64,000 nucleotides of DNA from Octopus sinensis (GCF_006345805.1 NC_043008.1:6820001-6884000); one strand, 5' to 3'. Shown: positions 1-12,498, numbered from the stretch's first letter. The notes: a model not told the origin generated them from the sequence alone. A program made the numbers and translations.

Positions 1-180
1 AGGGACAAATTAATCGTTTATCTGCTGCAATGTGATAACTAGAACCAAGACATGAAGACGATGATGCCCGTTCTGACAGTTGAGGCTTTAGCGATCTGTT
101 TCTAGACGCCAAGTCATCGGTAGTTAAAGATGTAAGCGTTCAGAGATGATAGAGATATGGAGTGTTATGAAACAACATAG

Positions 181-563
181 TTTCTACTCTAGGCACAAGG
201 CCCGAAATTTTGGTGGAGGGGGCCAGTCGATTAGATCGACCCCACTACGCATCTGGTAGTTAATTTATTGACCCAGAAAGGATAAAAGGCAAAGTCGACC
301 TCGGCGGAATTTGAACTCAGAACATAAAGACAGACGAACTACCTATTTCTATTTCTTTACTACCCACAAGGGGCTAAACACAGAGAGGACACACAAGGAC
401 AGACGAACGGATCAAATCGATTATATCGACCCCAGTGCGTAACTGGTACTTAATTTATCGACCCCGAAAGGATAAAAGGCAAAGTCGACCTCGACGGAAT
501 TTGAACTTAGAACATAAAGACAGACGAACTACCGCTCAGCATTTCGCCCGGCATGCAAACGTT
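181..563 (-). mobile_element. SINE-A dimer (long-tail unit followed by short-tail unit), 5' head truncated
   Basis: Two copies of the B-box-like GAGTTCAAATT and the core GTCGACTTTGCCTTTTATCCTTT..GTCGATAAATTAAGTACCAG on the minus strand. Unit boundary at 343/344. Short tail GGCCTTGTGCCTAGAGTAGAAA ends at 181. Confidence 0.9.
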
Positions 564-2083
564 TGGAGGCAATACAATTTTAAGCATGTGTTTTAGCTAT
601 TTTGTGTTTTGCCATACAATTACCAAAGTTTAAATTCTGTCTGTCTGTCTGTCTGTCTCTCACACACACATAATTGGCTTATATACAATATACACATTTG
701 TGTGTGCGTGGGTGCCTTTTCTGCTTAAATATGTAAACATGCACTAATGAAATACTAATATAAATATATATATTATATGGTGAAATGTGTATATGTGCAG
801 AAAGAAGTGTGTGTGTTTGTATGAGAGAGTAAGAGAGAGACAGAGAGAGAGAAAGAGAGAGAGACAGAGAGAGACAGAGAAAGAGAGAGAGAGAGAGAGA
901 AATAAGGAGAGAAAGAAAGAGATGAACGAATGAGATGGTGTAAAATTGTCTGCAGCCAAGAGGAAGGAGAATGCATGTCTCGAATGATTTGCGATATAGT
1001 ATTTAGGTTCGGGAGATTGGTTATTATATCGAACCAGCAAACGATGAATTGTAAAACAGAACCAAAAACATAGGAGAAGAATAACAACATCAACAAAAGC
1101 GGGATATTTGAAAAAAAAAAAGAAAAAGTAAAGAAAAATCCCCCTCCTAAATTGCGAAGTAAAACGGAGGTGTCATGATTACTTCCGGAAATAATGCGAA
1201 ATTCACTAAATTCGTGGAAGGTTTAATTTGAAATAAATTAACTGAGTTATAAAACATTTGAGAACAATTGTGACTATTATGAAGATTTGAATATGCAATA
1301 AATATGAGTTTGGTTTAATAACACTCCATTTAAAAATCTTTCCTTTTGTAATTGAATAATCAGTTTAAATATTCAAATAAAAATGAAATAATTACGTGAT
1401 TTGTTTTTGGTATAATGTTGCGTTTAATTATAATTAAGCGAAATTATAAAAAATGCAAAAAGTAGTCCAAACTTTGGAACGATGTAGTGACACACAGCGT
1501 ATAACCATATTGACCCTTTATCTAAAGAGATGGCTATTGGTCTTCTTAAATATCTCTCTGCCTTCCCATGCCCTCTGTCCCCCTCTCTTCCCTCTCAGAT
1601 ACATAAATACAAACGTACAGAAGAATCGTTTGAAAGTCATAATATCCATAATCTCCCGTTCCTCTAGATTAGAGGTGCACCCTCTTTGCTGTAGATATAA
1701 TACATAGCGTTTGATTGAAAGCCATGAGTTCAATCGCATTTTCTCGACATCTTTTATCACAAAACAAGTCATTGACTTTCATCCAGAGAAACTATGTCGT
1801 TCACCGATATATGGCCAAATAGTTCTACACACACACACATTTATTCATTCATAAGCCTGAGGGAGAGAGAGAGAGAGATGGGAGGAGGAGGGGGTATATA
1901 TCGTTCAGAGATGAGAGAAACGCAAATGTACCCTACCACATATGTCCATTTTAAGAATGAATATCCGAGTGAAACAAGAGTAAAGGCCTGGGAAAGCCAC
2001 TGACAAATATAAAACAGAAAGGAAACATTTTGTTCAACGTTTGTATATTTACTCAAGTGGTCGAAAGGAAATTATGGTAAAAT

Positions 2084-2112
2084 GACGTTTCGGCCGCCAG
2101 TCTTTCGTCAAA
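2084..2112 (-). other. Degenerate minimal hammerhead-like motif (Penelope-type)
   Basis: Minus strand reads TTGACGA-AAGACTGGCGGCC-GAAACGTC. C3 is replaced by T, and stems I and II are poor. Confidence 0.3.
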
Positions 2113-2699
2113 GTAGTAGAAGAGGCATAGGTAAAAAAAAAGGAGCAAAGCGATGTCGTTTCAACGACTAACATACAGAATAGCACGCAGGAAGCAGTGG
2201 AATAAAAAGTTTTGATGGCATTGAATAGTAGGGAAGGATCAGGGAGTTACCGCAATACGTTTGGTAGGGAACGAAAGGCGGTGTGCGGAGAAATAGCTTT
2301 GTGTATAATGTTTCTATGTTTGAAGCAGGTTTATGTATGAGAGGTGAATGTGGGAGATAAAAGATGTTTGAGCGAATAAGGAGTGACACTTGTGAATAAG
2401 GTTATGCACACAAATATATATGTGTTTGATGACTAAGGCAATAAATTAGTTTGTGCAAGAAGTCATGTGTGTGAGTGTAAGGGTGGAAGTTAAAGTAATA
2501 GAAGTGAAATATTTATAGAGAAAGTTTGTGTAAGAGAAATATATTTGAGTGATCGGAGCAGAGGTTTGTGTAAACGTACGTATTTGTTTAGGGCGTATAA
2601 GGAGTGTGTGCCAGGCGTCAAAGTGTGGGCTGTGGGGGTCGCAGTAAGATTGTCTGAAGGAGAGTGTGTGAGAGTAGGGACTTCATTTCGGCCCCTGTG

Positions 2700-3400
2700 T
2701 CCAAGCTGATAGTAATTTTCAGCCTTTGTGTATTAGAAGCCAGAAATATGACGTCGATAACATTGTGGCCGAGTTCAAACGTTTTTCGTCTTTTCTGATC
2801 TTTACCGATTCTCTGATATATTACCATGGCGCTTTAATCTAAAAGTGGATATATTAAAATACAAACGATACTTATACATATGAGAGTAAGAAACACACAA
2901 AAGCCAGAAAGTTCATAGCCTTTTTTTAATATGACTGTTGCAACAGCAATAACTCACCACTCACTGAACAAACATTTAATCTGGTCCATAAATACAAGAA
3001 ATTATTTAATAAGAACATCGTTTAAGCTTCCTATTCTACTACACCCAGCATTACCACCGCTCTAACCGCCTCAAGTTCACCACAATTAACCAGGCCTACC
3101 ACCAATCCTTTAATCGTAGCCGCAACTGTAGTAAGTGAATCCTGTTTTAAATATATATATATGCATGATGTAAAAGGAATGGTTATGAAATAGAGGTCAC
3201 ATTCTATTAAAAGACTTTTGATGGGATTAAACGTTGAAAATATTATTGTATTAACTAAAACCGATCCATTACAGATATCCGTGTTTCTCACAGTATAAGC
3301 TTTTCCGAAGTATTAACAATTTGGTGGTGTTGATAGAATTAGTATTTAAATCTACCAAAGGTTATATATATGAAGGCAGGGTGGAGAGAAAAATATAAAG
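2700..3400 (+). pseudogene. Penelope-like element fossil: RT thumb/linker to GIY-YIG region
   Basis: Frameshifted translations give YYHGAL..KSGY, NMTVATAI..SLNKH, HKYKKLFNKNIV*ASYSTTPSI and KGMV(Y)EIEVT. These resemble PLE motifs YYNxALxxSGY, NxxVxTNIG..LIDKHFP, KIFNRNTVKxSYS and VVYxAEV, in the correct order. Confidence 0.55.
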
Positions 3401-3709
3401 AGAGAGAAGCAGGTCTAGTGAGATAGAGATGGATGGAGAAAAGCAAAGCTGCTGGGGGAAAAACATTTTAAGTTGATGGGGACCTAAAGGTTAAACCATT
3501 TGATTAAATAGTAGAGAAGAAGTAAGGGAGTTAGAGGGGAGAGTAAATTATTTACGATAAATCATATAAAACGACACTTGGAAAGGAAAGTGAAAGGAAA
3601 TATATAAATTGGCTAATGAAAGTCAAATATTGTAAATAGTTTTAATGATCGGAAAGGGAGCCATTGTCTGTATTTTATGGGCTTCGTATATGTCTGTGGA
3701 ACTATTTGT

Positions 3710-3800
3710 GTATTTATATATGCATGTGTATTTGCATATATATATATTTATAAATATATATATATTATATATATATGTATATGCATATAAATATATACGC

Positions 3801-3835
<35 letters not shown>

Positions 3836-4207
3836 ATACACACATATATACATATATATGCATATATATATACACATATATATACATATATATGCATATA
3901 TATATACACACATATATATACACATATATGCATATATATATATATACACATATATATATATATAATATATATATATGCATATATGTATATACACATATAT
4001 ATATATATATATATATATAATATACATATATATATATGCATATATTTATACATATATGCATATATATATACATATATGCATATATATATATTCATATATA
4101 TATGCATATATATAATACATATATATATGCATATATATATATTACACATATATATGCATATATATATACATATATATATATATGCATATAATATATACAT
4201 ATATAAT

Positions 4208-4263
<56 letters not shown>

Positions 4264-4613
4264 ACACACATATATACATATATATGCATATATATACACA
4301 TATATATACATATATATGCATATATATATACACACATATATATACACACATATATGCATATATATATATATACAAATATATATATACATATATATATATA
4401 TATGCATATATGTATATACACATATATATACATATATATATGCATATATATACATATATATATGCATATATTTATACATATATGCATATATATATACATA
4501 TATGCATATATATATATTCATATATATGCATATAATATATACATATATATATGCATATATATATATATATTACACATATATATGCATATATATATGCATA
4601 TATATATATATGC

Positions 4614-4661
<48 letters not shown>

Positions 4662-4810
4662 GTATATTTATGCATATATACATGCAAATATACATCCATA
4701 TATACATATGCATATATATATATGTACATATATTAATATGTTTGTATGTACGCCCACTGACATACACACATACATGCGCATGTGTGTATGTATGTATAAA
4801 TACAAAGTCA
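3710..4810. repeat. Compound (TA)n/(CATATA)n alternating purine-pyrimidine array, ~1.1 kb
   Basis: Near-continuous TA with interspersed CA/TG. It generates many spurious YI/IY ORFs. Confidence 0.97.
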
Positions 4811-5087
4811 GACAGAAATAGTGAATGCAGCCACGGCTGTTTCGCATTAATATTTCTCTTTGAAAATTCTTTTCTACTTTGGTTTGTTTTCAACCTGAGA
4901 GCTTATGGTAAAAACAGTCTGAACCGGTGTAAATTTAGACTCTCAACTGGCGGAGGTCTTGTTGCTAGCACAAACGGATCCTTACACCAATTATTGCTAA
5001 CTACCTGCTTTCCAGGTATTTACTGCTTCCAAAGAAGGAGGTTCAGAAGAAGAAGAAGAAGACGCAGCAAAATGAAAAGAGTTCTAA

Positions 5088-5496
5088 TCTCTCTCTATAT
5101 AAACGGCAGTTTGTCTGTGTGTGTTTCTGTGTGTCTGTTTGGTTGTACCCTCACCCTGACCACGGCTTTCAACCGATTCTGATGAAACTTGACACACACA
5201 TAGCCCAATGTCATAATTCAAAACTAACGCAGCGAAAATTTTGAAAAGTTCCCCCAGTTCTGAAAAAAATCGATAAATTCGACATGGGGTCGAGAATCAG
5301 AAACACAAACCACAGACTGTCTAGGGGACGCAACTCGACCTTTTTTAACTCTCAAAAAAAATTTACCAAAAAAAAAAAAACCAAATTTACCGTAATTTTT
5401 TTTCCATTTTTTTGCTATTTTTTGGCTATAACTCTCTAAAAATGCTTTATAGTTATTTCCCTTACAAACCTGAGCAACGCCGGGCGATACTGCTAG
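5088..5496 (+). mobile_element. Non-autonomous Helitron (409 bp)
   Basis: Starts TC after A (5087|TCTCTCTCTATATAAAC). Has a GTCT/GTGT microsatellite near the 5' end, ACCGATTCTGATGAAACTTGACACAC, and a subterminal CCTGAGCAACGCCGGG hairpin. Ends CTAG (5493-5496) before T. A|T insertion with no TSD. Confidence 0.88.
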
Positions 5497-5729
5497 TGAT
5501 TTCTAAGTCTGGCGCAAAGCCACGTTATTTTGGGTAAAAGAGTAGTGCCGACTATTTCGGGACCATTTCTTGACTGGCACTTATGTCATTCAGACTGAAA
5601 TTATATAAAACGAGTGTCAACCATGGCAACTCGAAACAAAAGCGGACAAATTAAACACTTTAAAGGTATTTTCGTACCTTAGAAATTCCGCAATTATTTT
5701 GGAAAACGTGAGACGGTTACAAGAACCTA

Positions 5730-6126
5730 TACTCTTTTACTCTTTTACTTGTTTCAGTCATTTGACCGCGTCCATGCTGGAGTACCGCCTTTAGTCGAGG
5801 AAATCGACCCCAGGACTTATTCTTTGTAAGCCTAGTACTTATTCTATCGGTCTCTTTTCCTGAACCGCTAAGTTACGGGGACGGAAACACACCAGCATCA
5901 GTTATCAATTGATGGGGGGGGGCAAACACAGACACACAAACACACACATATACATATACATATATACGACGGGCTTCTTTCAGTTTCCGTCTACCAAATC
6001 CACTCACAAGGCTTTGGTCGTCCCGAGGCTATAGTAGAAGACACTTGCCCAAGGTGCCACGCAGTGGGACTGAACCCGGAATAATGTGGTTGGTAAGAAC
6101 AGCTACTTACCACACAGCCACTCCTG
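5730..6126 (-). mobile_element. SINE-B (tRNA head + CORE-like + internal microsatellite + 3' module), full length
   Basis: Minus strand: CAGGAGTGGCTGTGTGG..GGGTTCAGTCCC..CACCTTGGGCAAGTGTCTTC, then a CA/TA tract, then a 3' module ending AAGTAAAAGAGTAAAAGAGTA. Matches ~10 other copies in the window. Confidence 0.92.
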
Positions 6127-6685
6127 TAGGGAAATACGAAATACATAATTTTTTTTTATATCTTGCATTTTTTCTGAAGTATTTCAAACTAAAGATGGTA
6201 ATAGTATCACATTGGTAGTTCTGAAGAGGCAGAATTAGAAGAAAACATTTTTGAAAGCTATTTTCGGTGAATATGCAATTGGCACTTTTTCTACCATAAA
6301 AGTTCTTATCTATTATTTCTATCTTTGCTTCGAGATGTAAGTAATCTTGGAACGAAATCTTGGAACAAACCTGAAGGCATTATCTCTCTATTCTGCTATG
6401 ATACAACTATGTTAGTAAAACTTAGTAAGATCGTCAACTGATCTAGTGTGGAAACTGGTTTCCTCCGTTCCAGAATACAATCCAAGACTATACGTCTGGC
6501 GGATGCTGTCATATCGGTCCTAACGAAAGAAGCAGCAGCCCTGGGTTGTTAACAAGTCTCGCTTGAAGCATTTCGGACTCGGTTTCAATCGGACTACGCG
6601 GTACCTGGAGGAAGCGCTTTCTATTATAGCCTTAGATTGGCTAACTGTGAATGAAATTTGGTAGACAGAAACTGTATGGAAGCCC

Positions 6686-6754
6686 AGCGGAATTTGAACT
6701 CAGAACTTAATGGCGGTCGAAATGGCGTACTAACGAGTCTATCAGCATACCACC
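6686..6754 (-). mobile_element. SINE-A head fragment (older copy)
   Basis: CAGCGGAATTTGAACTCAGAAC and CTAACGAGTCTATCAGC match the SINE-A head. Internally deleted. Confidence 0.7.
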
Positions 6755-6775
6755 TTAATCGGAATATATGATAAA

Positions 6776-7187
6776 TTTTTTATTGCCCACAGAGGGCTAA
6801 ACATAGAGGGAACAGACAAGGACAGACAAAGGGTTAAAGTCGATTAAATCGACCCCAGTGCGTAACTGGTACTTATTTAATCGACTCCGAAAGGATGAAA
6901 GGGAAACTCGACCTCAGCGGAGTTTGAACTCAGAACGTAGCGGCAGACGAAATACCTATTTCTTTACTATCCACAAGGGGCTAAACACAGAGGGGACAAA
7001 CAAGGGCAGACAAACGGTTTAAGTCGATTATATCGTCTCCAGTGCGTAACTGGTACTTAATTTATCGACCCCGAAATGATGAAAGGCAAAGTAGACCTCG
7101 GTGGAATTTGAACTCAGACCGTAACGGCAGACGAAATACTGCTAAGCATTTCACCCAACGTGCTAACGATTCTATCAGCTCACCACC
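6776..7187 (-). mobile_element. SINE-A dimer of two long-tail units
   Basis: Full head ends at 7187. Unit period 184 (boundaries 6956 and 7140). Junction GAAATACCTATTTC. A-rich end at 6776. Confidence 0.9.
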
Positions 7188-7825
7188 TTAATCGGAATAT
7201 ATAATATTATACGTGGAAATAGACCAGGCAAGGTTGTTCTCCACCCTCCACTTGCAAAATACTGTTCTCCCCTATCATGACTCTCCCATATGCTTCTCTT
7301 TCCCGACTACCATCTAATACCGAGCATTTTCCTCTAATTAGCTCCACTTGCAAAACCGCTTCTGTTGCTGCTTTCGTTATTAAAAATATCGCTGATTCTT
7401 TTTCTTCTAATTTTCCATTTGTTAAGCAGTCTGTAATGCCGACTCGTTTAAACGTACAAACATAGCAAAGACTTTAACAAATTATTGTTTTACGTTTTGC
7501 CTGTAATTTTTGAAATCTGTATTTTTGGTTTTACAATTTATATCGAAATTCTTGGGGTTGTGCAGTGTGCTTACCTTCTTCGTTGGCATTTTTCCTACTT
7601 CCTCAGAAGTCATATTTAATTACTAATAAACCAAAAATTTCGAAAAATTATAGAAACGCTTAAATTATTTCAGCTACTGGAATAGACGTCCAAATTCTCC
7701 AGAAACTCTTGGATTACAAAATAGAACAAAAGAAAGTAAGATTGAAAGAATTCGTTCGTCAAATAAATCGTAATAAAATTTAACTTTTTATCGAAATATT
7801 TCGAAGATTTCCATACATTTCGACA

Positions 7826-7912
7826 TACTGCTGCTGCTGCTACTACTACTACTACTACTACTGCTACTGCTACTACTACTACTACTACTACTACTACTAA
7901 AGCTGCTGCTGC
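7826..7912. repeat. (CTG)n/(CTA)n trinucleotide microsatellite
   Basis: Direct reading of the sequence. Confidence 0.95.
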
Positions 7913-8604
7913 TTGTTTTTTGAGCGCAGCAGTCTTCGTCCTAGAGTGGGAGAAGTCCGATACGTGGTCCTTTTGCTGTCCTTGATTGTCCCCTCTATGT
8001 TTAGCCTTCTGTGGGCAAGAAAAGAAATAAAATCGAGTCTGTATTTAATCAACAACGCAAGGATTTGAGCTCAAAATTTAAAAACCCGCAAGAAATACCG
8101 CAAGGCATTTTGCTTTTAAATAAAATAAGAATATAAATTAAGCAAATATCTGATTAGATGTATTTATTTTACTTTTCACCTAAATTTTGATCGGAAGAAG
8201 TGGCTGTGTACTGGAGGAGTATGTGATTATGTCGGTGTTCGACGGATCAGAGTAATTTCAAATAAACCAGACTATGTCAGGTTTGGTTCATGGATAGATT
8301 CCAGCAGAATATTGCAAGCAAATCAACACGTCAACCGTATTTCGATTGGTTCGTTACTGAAGTCGCCCACGACACCTTCAGTTATTATATTTACAGCTAA
8401 ATGGTCTGGGCCATTGTGAATTCGCCAAGTCCCAATGCAAGTTAAGAAGTGCCAGAAGGCTCACAGCTGTCGAAATTCTAATAATTTAGATAATTGCTGT
8501 ATTGGTTCTGTGCAGATACGAAAGAATTATTTAAAACAAGACCAAGACACACACTTCGTTTGGTGGGAAAATAAACACTAACACAATAGACAGTTTATAT
8601 GGCC

Positions 8605-8748
8605 GCAGGCGTGGCTATGTGGTAAGAAGTTTGCTTACCAACTACAGGGTTTCGGGGTCAGTCCCACTGCGTGGCACCTTGGGCAAGTGTCTTCTGCTAT
8701 AGCCTCGGGTCAACCGAAGCCTTGTGAGTGGATTTGGTAGACGGAAAC
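8605..8748 (+). mobile_element. SINE-B 5' half (tRNA head + CORE-like)
   Basis: GCAGGCGTGGCTATGTGG..GGGGTCAGTCCCACTGCGTGGCACCTTGGGCAAGTGTCTTC..GGTAGACGGAAAC. Confidence 0.9.
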
Positions 8749-9199
8749 GAATAAAACACCTACAAAAATCATTATTGCTTCGAACTGTAAGAGTCTGCCG
8801 CAGGGTGTTTGAAGCATGATCAGTAAATAAGCGTCACCTCAATCTGTTCGGCTGTAAACGGCTGACATTTGCCATGATACCGAGCAGAGTAGGGCTGAGA
8901 TTTTTCATGATATAATAATAATTATGATGACGATGATGATAGTGATAATAATGATGATAATGATGATGGTACAGGCGCATCAGCTGAGGGGAACATTCTA
9001 GGAAAGTTAAAAATTTATGTGGGGATTTATATAAAAACATACGGGAAGAGATAACTGGGAAAATGTTTTAATTTGTTAACACCAAAAAGTAAACAAAAAC
9101 CTCCAATAAGCCTCTATTTTTCTACATATTGTGAAAGGATGCTGTCAAGACCTGCTGTGTGGAATGTTGGAAAAGCCAAGGTTGTTGATACACAGACAT

Positions 9200-9485
9200 C
9201 AGCGGAGGTTTCGACATGCCTAAAATTCCATGACGGTGAACATGTATGGTTGCTGTCTGTTAAACCCGATTTCCCACAGCTCGTGTCGTTGGCAGAGCTG
9301 CTGTCCAGGATTAAGCAAAGACTGAAAGTAGTCGCTTCAATCTGGTCAAACTTGAAGTGATGCGAGGCATGACGGTCAAGTGGTTATAGGTGACGAAGGC
9401 GATGTAATCATTAGCCACCTTTGTCAGACCATTCACGGATAGTTTTCTTTCGGACCATTTCTGTGTGAGATTTGCTACCCTGCCT
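9200..9485 (+). pseudogene. Possible highly decayed LINE AP-endonuclease fragment
   Basis: Weak, stop-interrupted matches in the expected order: ISGGFDMP (GDFN-like), FNLV..RGMTVKWL (GHTLD-like), DSFLSDHFCVRF (SDH motif). Confidence 0.25.
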
Positions 9486-9746
9486 GTTATCTGTCTTTCT
9501 CTATATGGATGTCTGGCGATTTAATTATCCCAATGTAGGATTCCATTCAATGCCCACAATTTCCACAGGTGTGGCTCAGATGTCAGTCCCTAGAAAAGGT
9601 ACGAGAGGCGACAACATTGCACCATAACGAATGGTTCTGATAGGTGGCCATTCACTCTATCCACCGAGCAGATGTCACTGTACATAGAGGTGTCCAACCG
9701 AGGAAGACAGGACCTAAACTGATTGCCGTGATGACAGCTACCACTA

Positions 9747-9971
9747 CAGTAATCCCTCGAATATCGCGGGTGTTGCGTTCCCAACCGCACCGTGATAGCT
9801 GAAAATCCGCGAAGTAGGAACAATAATATACTGTATATATTTTTTAAAAAATTTTTATAATTTGTATATATTTATTTTATTATAAATGCAAAAAAAACAC
9901 CAGGGAGGAATCGACGTAAGCTTAAATAATAAACCGCGATGGGTGAACCGCGATAAGGCGAGGAGTAATTG
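9747..9971. mobile_element. Tigger/pogo-type MITE
   Basis: TA|CAGTAATCCCTCGAATATCGCGG at the left end and CCGCGATAAGGCGAGGAGTAATTG|TA at the right: imperfect TIRs flanked by TA TSDs. Confidence 0.78.
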
Positions 9972-11502
9972 TATTGGTTGTCGATCTTACCAAAAAGTTT
10001 CATCTGGTTTGAAAGCAATAATCTAATAGTTTTTATTTCATTCGAAATGGTTAATTCACATGATTTGAACTCGGGATGTGGAAGCTAAAAGGATCTGGGA
10101 ACAGATTACAAAGGATTTCATCAACCGTTCTACAAAATGGACCTTTAAAGTAACAGCAATTGTAGTAACGATTAGAATGTAAACATGTATTACAGAAAGA
10201 GTAAGAGGGGGGAAGAGGGCTAGTGAAAAGAGAGAGAGAGAGAGAGAGAGGAAGAGGGAGAGAGAAAGAGAGAGAGAAAAAGAGAGAGAGACAGACAGAT
10301 ACAGAGAGAAACTAAAATGAATATGCATATATATATATATATATAGATGGATACTCGCTCTCTCTCACACACACATGCACACATTTATACATAGATATAC
10401 ACACATATATATATACATACATATATACATACATACATACATACATATACATACATACACACACACACACACATATATATATCTATATATGTATGTCTTA
10501 TATGCATTTGAGTGTGTGTGTTTCAGAGTGAGAGAGAAAGACAGGAGAGTGGGAGAGAGAGAGAGAGAGAGAAAAGAAGAGAGAATAAAGGAGGGGGTGA
10601 AGGAAAGGAAGGTAGAAGTGTAGGAAGAAGCGGGTATTGGAAAATGAGGTAATTAATTAATTTACGCTAAAGCGTGTTTCTTCTAATTTCTTAATTAGAA
10701 TATGAGATATCACCTTGGTAAATAATTACTTGTAATGTGGTGATGATATCAGAAGGATGGCTTGATTATTTCTCAATCGTTCCTTGGGCGACATTCTGCG
10801 TGACTTCTCTGATAGACAGATAAGGTTTTACATACACATGCAGGCGCTTGCCATTGATGACAACAGCGACGGCCGAGACGATGCTGATGATGATCGTTAT
10901 AACAACTGCATAGATGATGGAGATGCATGTGATGGTGATGGTGGTGATGGTGATGGTGTTAATGAGGATAGTGATCTTGATAATAGATTTGGTCAGAGGG
11001 CTATTGCATCGGTGTTGGTGTTTTATTGTTTTTGGTGAGTTCGTTGTGGTTTGTGATTAAGGAGATTTCCGTGTTGACAGTTGTGGTTTTATTGGCGTCG
11101 GTCGGGTTCGGGGAACAGGATGGGTGGGTCTGATAAGGCTGTGGCGGAAACGAAGGTGACGACGATGATGATGATGATGAAGATGATGATGGTGACGATG
11201 ATGACGACGACGATGATCATGAAAATGCTGATGGTGTAATAATTATGAAGATGGAGTAGTCCGCACTGGATATAAAGGTTGATGGTAGTCGCGGCGGCGG
11301 TGGTGGTGGGGTGCTAGACAGTGAGATTAGGGGAGCTGGTACACCGTCCACATGTAATCCCAAATTAAAATAACCTGCAATAATTCAAACTAAATATCAA
11401 ATCAATTCATCTTACCCGTTGCCTCAAGCCTGAAGATTGACAGGGCATTCAGTGGTCATTACTTTTGACGTCCCTCCCCAAAACACACACATCTATAGTT
11501 TA

Positions 11503-11650
11503 CGAGGGGTGTATGAAAAGTTTTGAGCCTTGAACTTTCGTATCATCAGAAGTCTTGCACCATTTTTCTTTTGGTACAAGACTTGTATCATTTTTTTCTT
11601 GGTACAATGTTTTGTATTTTTGAGGCTCAAGACTTTTCACACACCCCTCG
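11503..11650. mobile_element. Mariner-type MITE (148 bp)
   Basis: 28-bp TIRs CGAGGGGTGTATGAAAAGTTTTGAGCCT (11503-11530) and AGGCTCAAGACTTTTCACACACCCCTCG (11623-11650), 2 mismatches. TA on the left, TG (mutated TA) on the right. Confidence 0.88.
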
Positions 11651-12463
11651 TGTACGGACCGAATATAAAAACTATACAGAAAAGCACTAAACGTTCACAG
11701 CGAACGTATTCTCTGACCTTGAATCGAATGTCTGGTATTTTGCAATTTTGGCAATGTTATATTTGACGGTTCTTCACAAGAACGAGCATCAGAGATGGCA
11801 CGAGTTCGAACTTATTTTGCTGTGTCGTTGAGGGTTTTAATGATGTGTAATTTATAAGCAGAGCTAATGTCATGTACGACTGTTTACAGATGAACGGAAC
11901 GTGAACCATATTCATGTAACCATTAGGTAACGTGTTTTGAAGCTTTTCAGTTAATCAGGGGCAGTGCAATTTTTTTACGCAGGCTGTGTATAATGTGTGA
12001 CTGATACGAGGTGATTCTATAGCGTACAGATGAAATAAGGTATCGTCTTGGAGAAGGATATCAAATATGGCGGTATTATCAGTGAGTAGAATTACCTGCA
12101 GAGCAAACTATGCATTTATATAAGTGTGAGTGTGTTGTGAATACTGATATCAAGCTGTTTGTGTGCATACATTTCTACCGCTTTCCTACCCTTCTCTGCA
12201 TTTATAATAAATAAGGATTTCTGGCAGAAGAACAAGACTTCGTAGTTTTGTTGGGGATTAATTCTCCTCACGTTACTGGGCTGATGTTATTGAAGGGGAC
12301 GAATGCGGTGGGAATTGAACACAGAATACAAACAGATGTAAATGAATAATACAACAGCTTCACATCTTACGTTATTTACGTTGATATCGAAGTTTATTCC
12401 CCGCCAACTCTCTCTCTCTCTCTTTTACACACACACAGCAACTACAATCATCATCATAACTGT

Positions 12464-12498
<35 letters not shown>

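Noticed and set aside
3645-5182. Long ORFs of up to 288 aa (also similar ones at 21128, 28430, 43861, 45395)
   Set aside because: They are translations of TA/CA/CATA microsatellites (YI, HT, CV repeats) and open in several frames on both strands.
5601-5630. TATA-like element plus RFX X-box-like GTCAACCATGGCAAC
   Set aside because: Imperfect spacing and no downstream gene, so there is no basis for a promoter call.
10784-11230. Asp/Gly-rich ORF
   Set aside because: GAT/GGT/GAC low-complexity tract with no splice or domain support.
11750-12060. Possible mariner transposase relic on the minus strand (HIIHSLRKKI, KFELVPS)
   Set aside because: Only short scattered resemblances needing several frameshifts. 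It needs a frameshift-aware alignment to accept.
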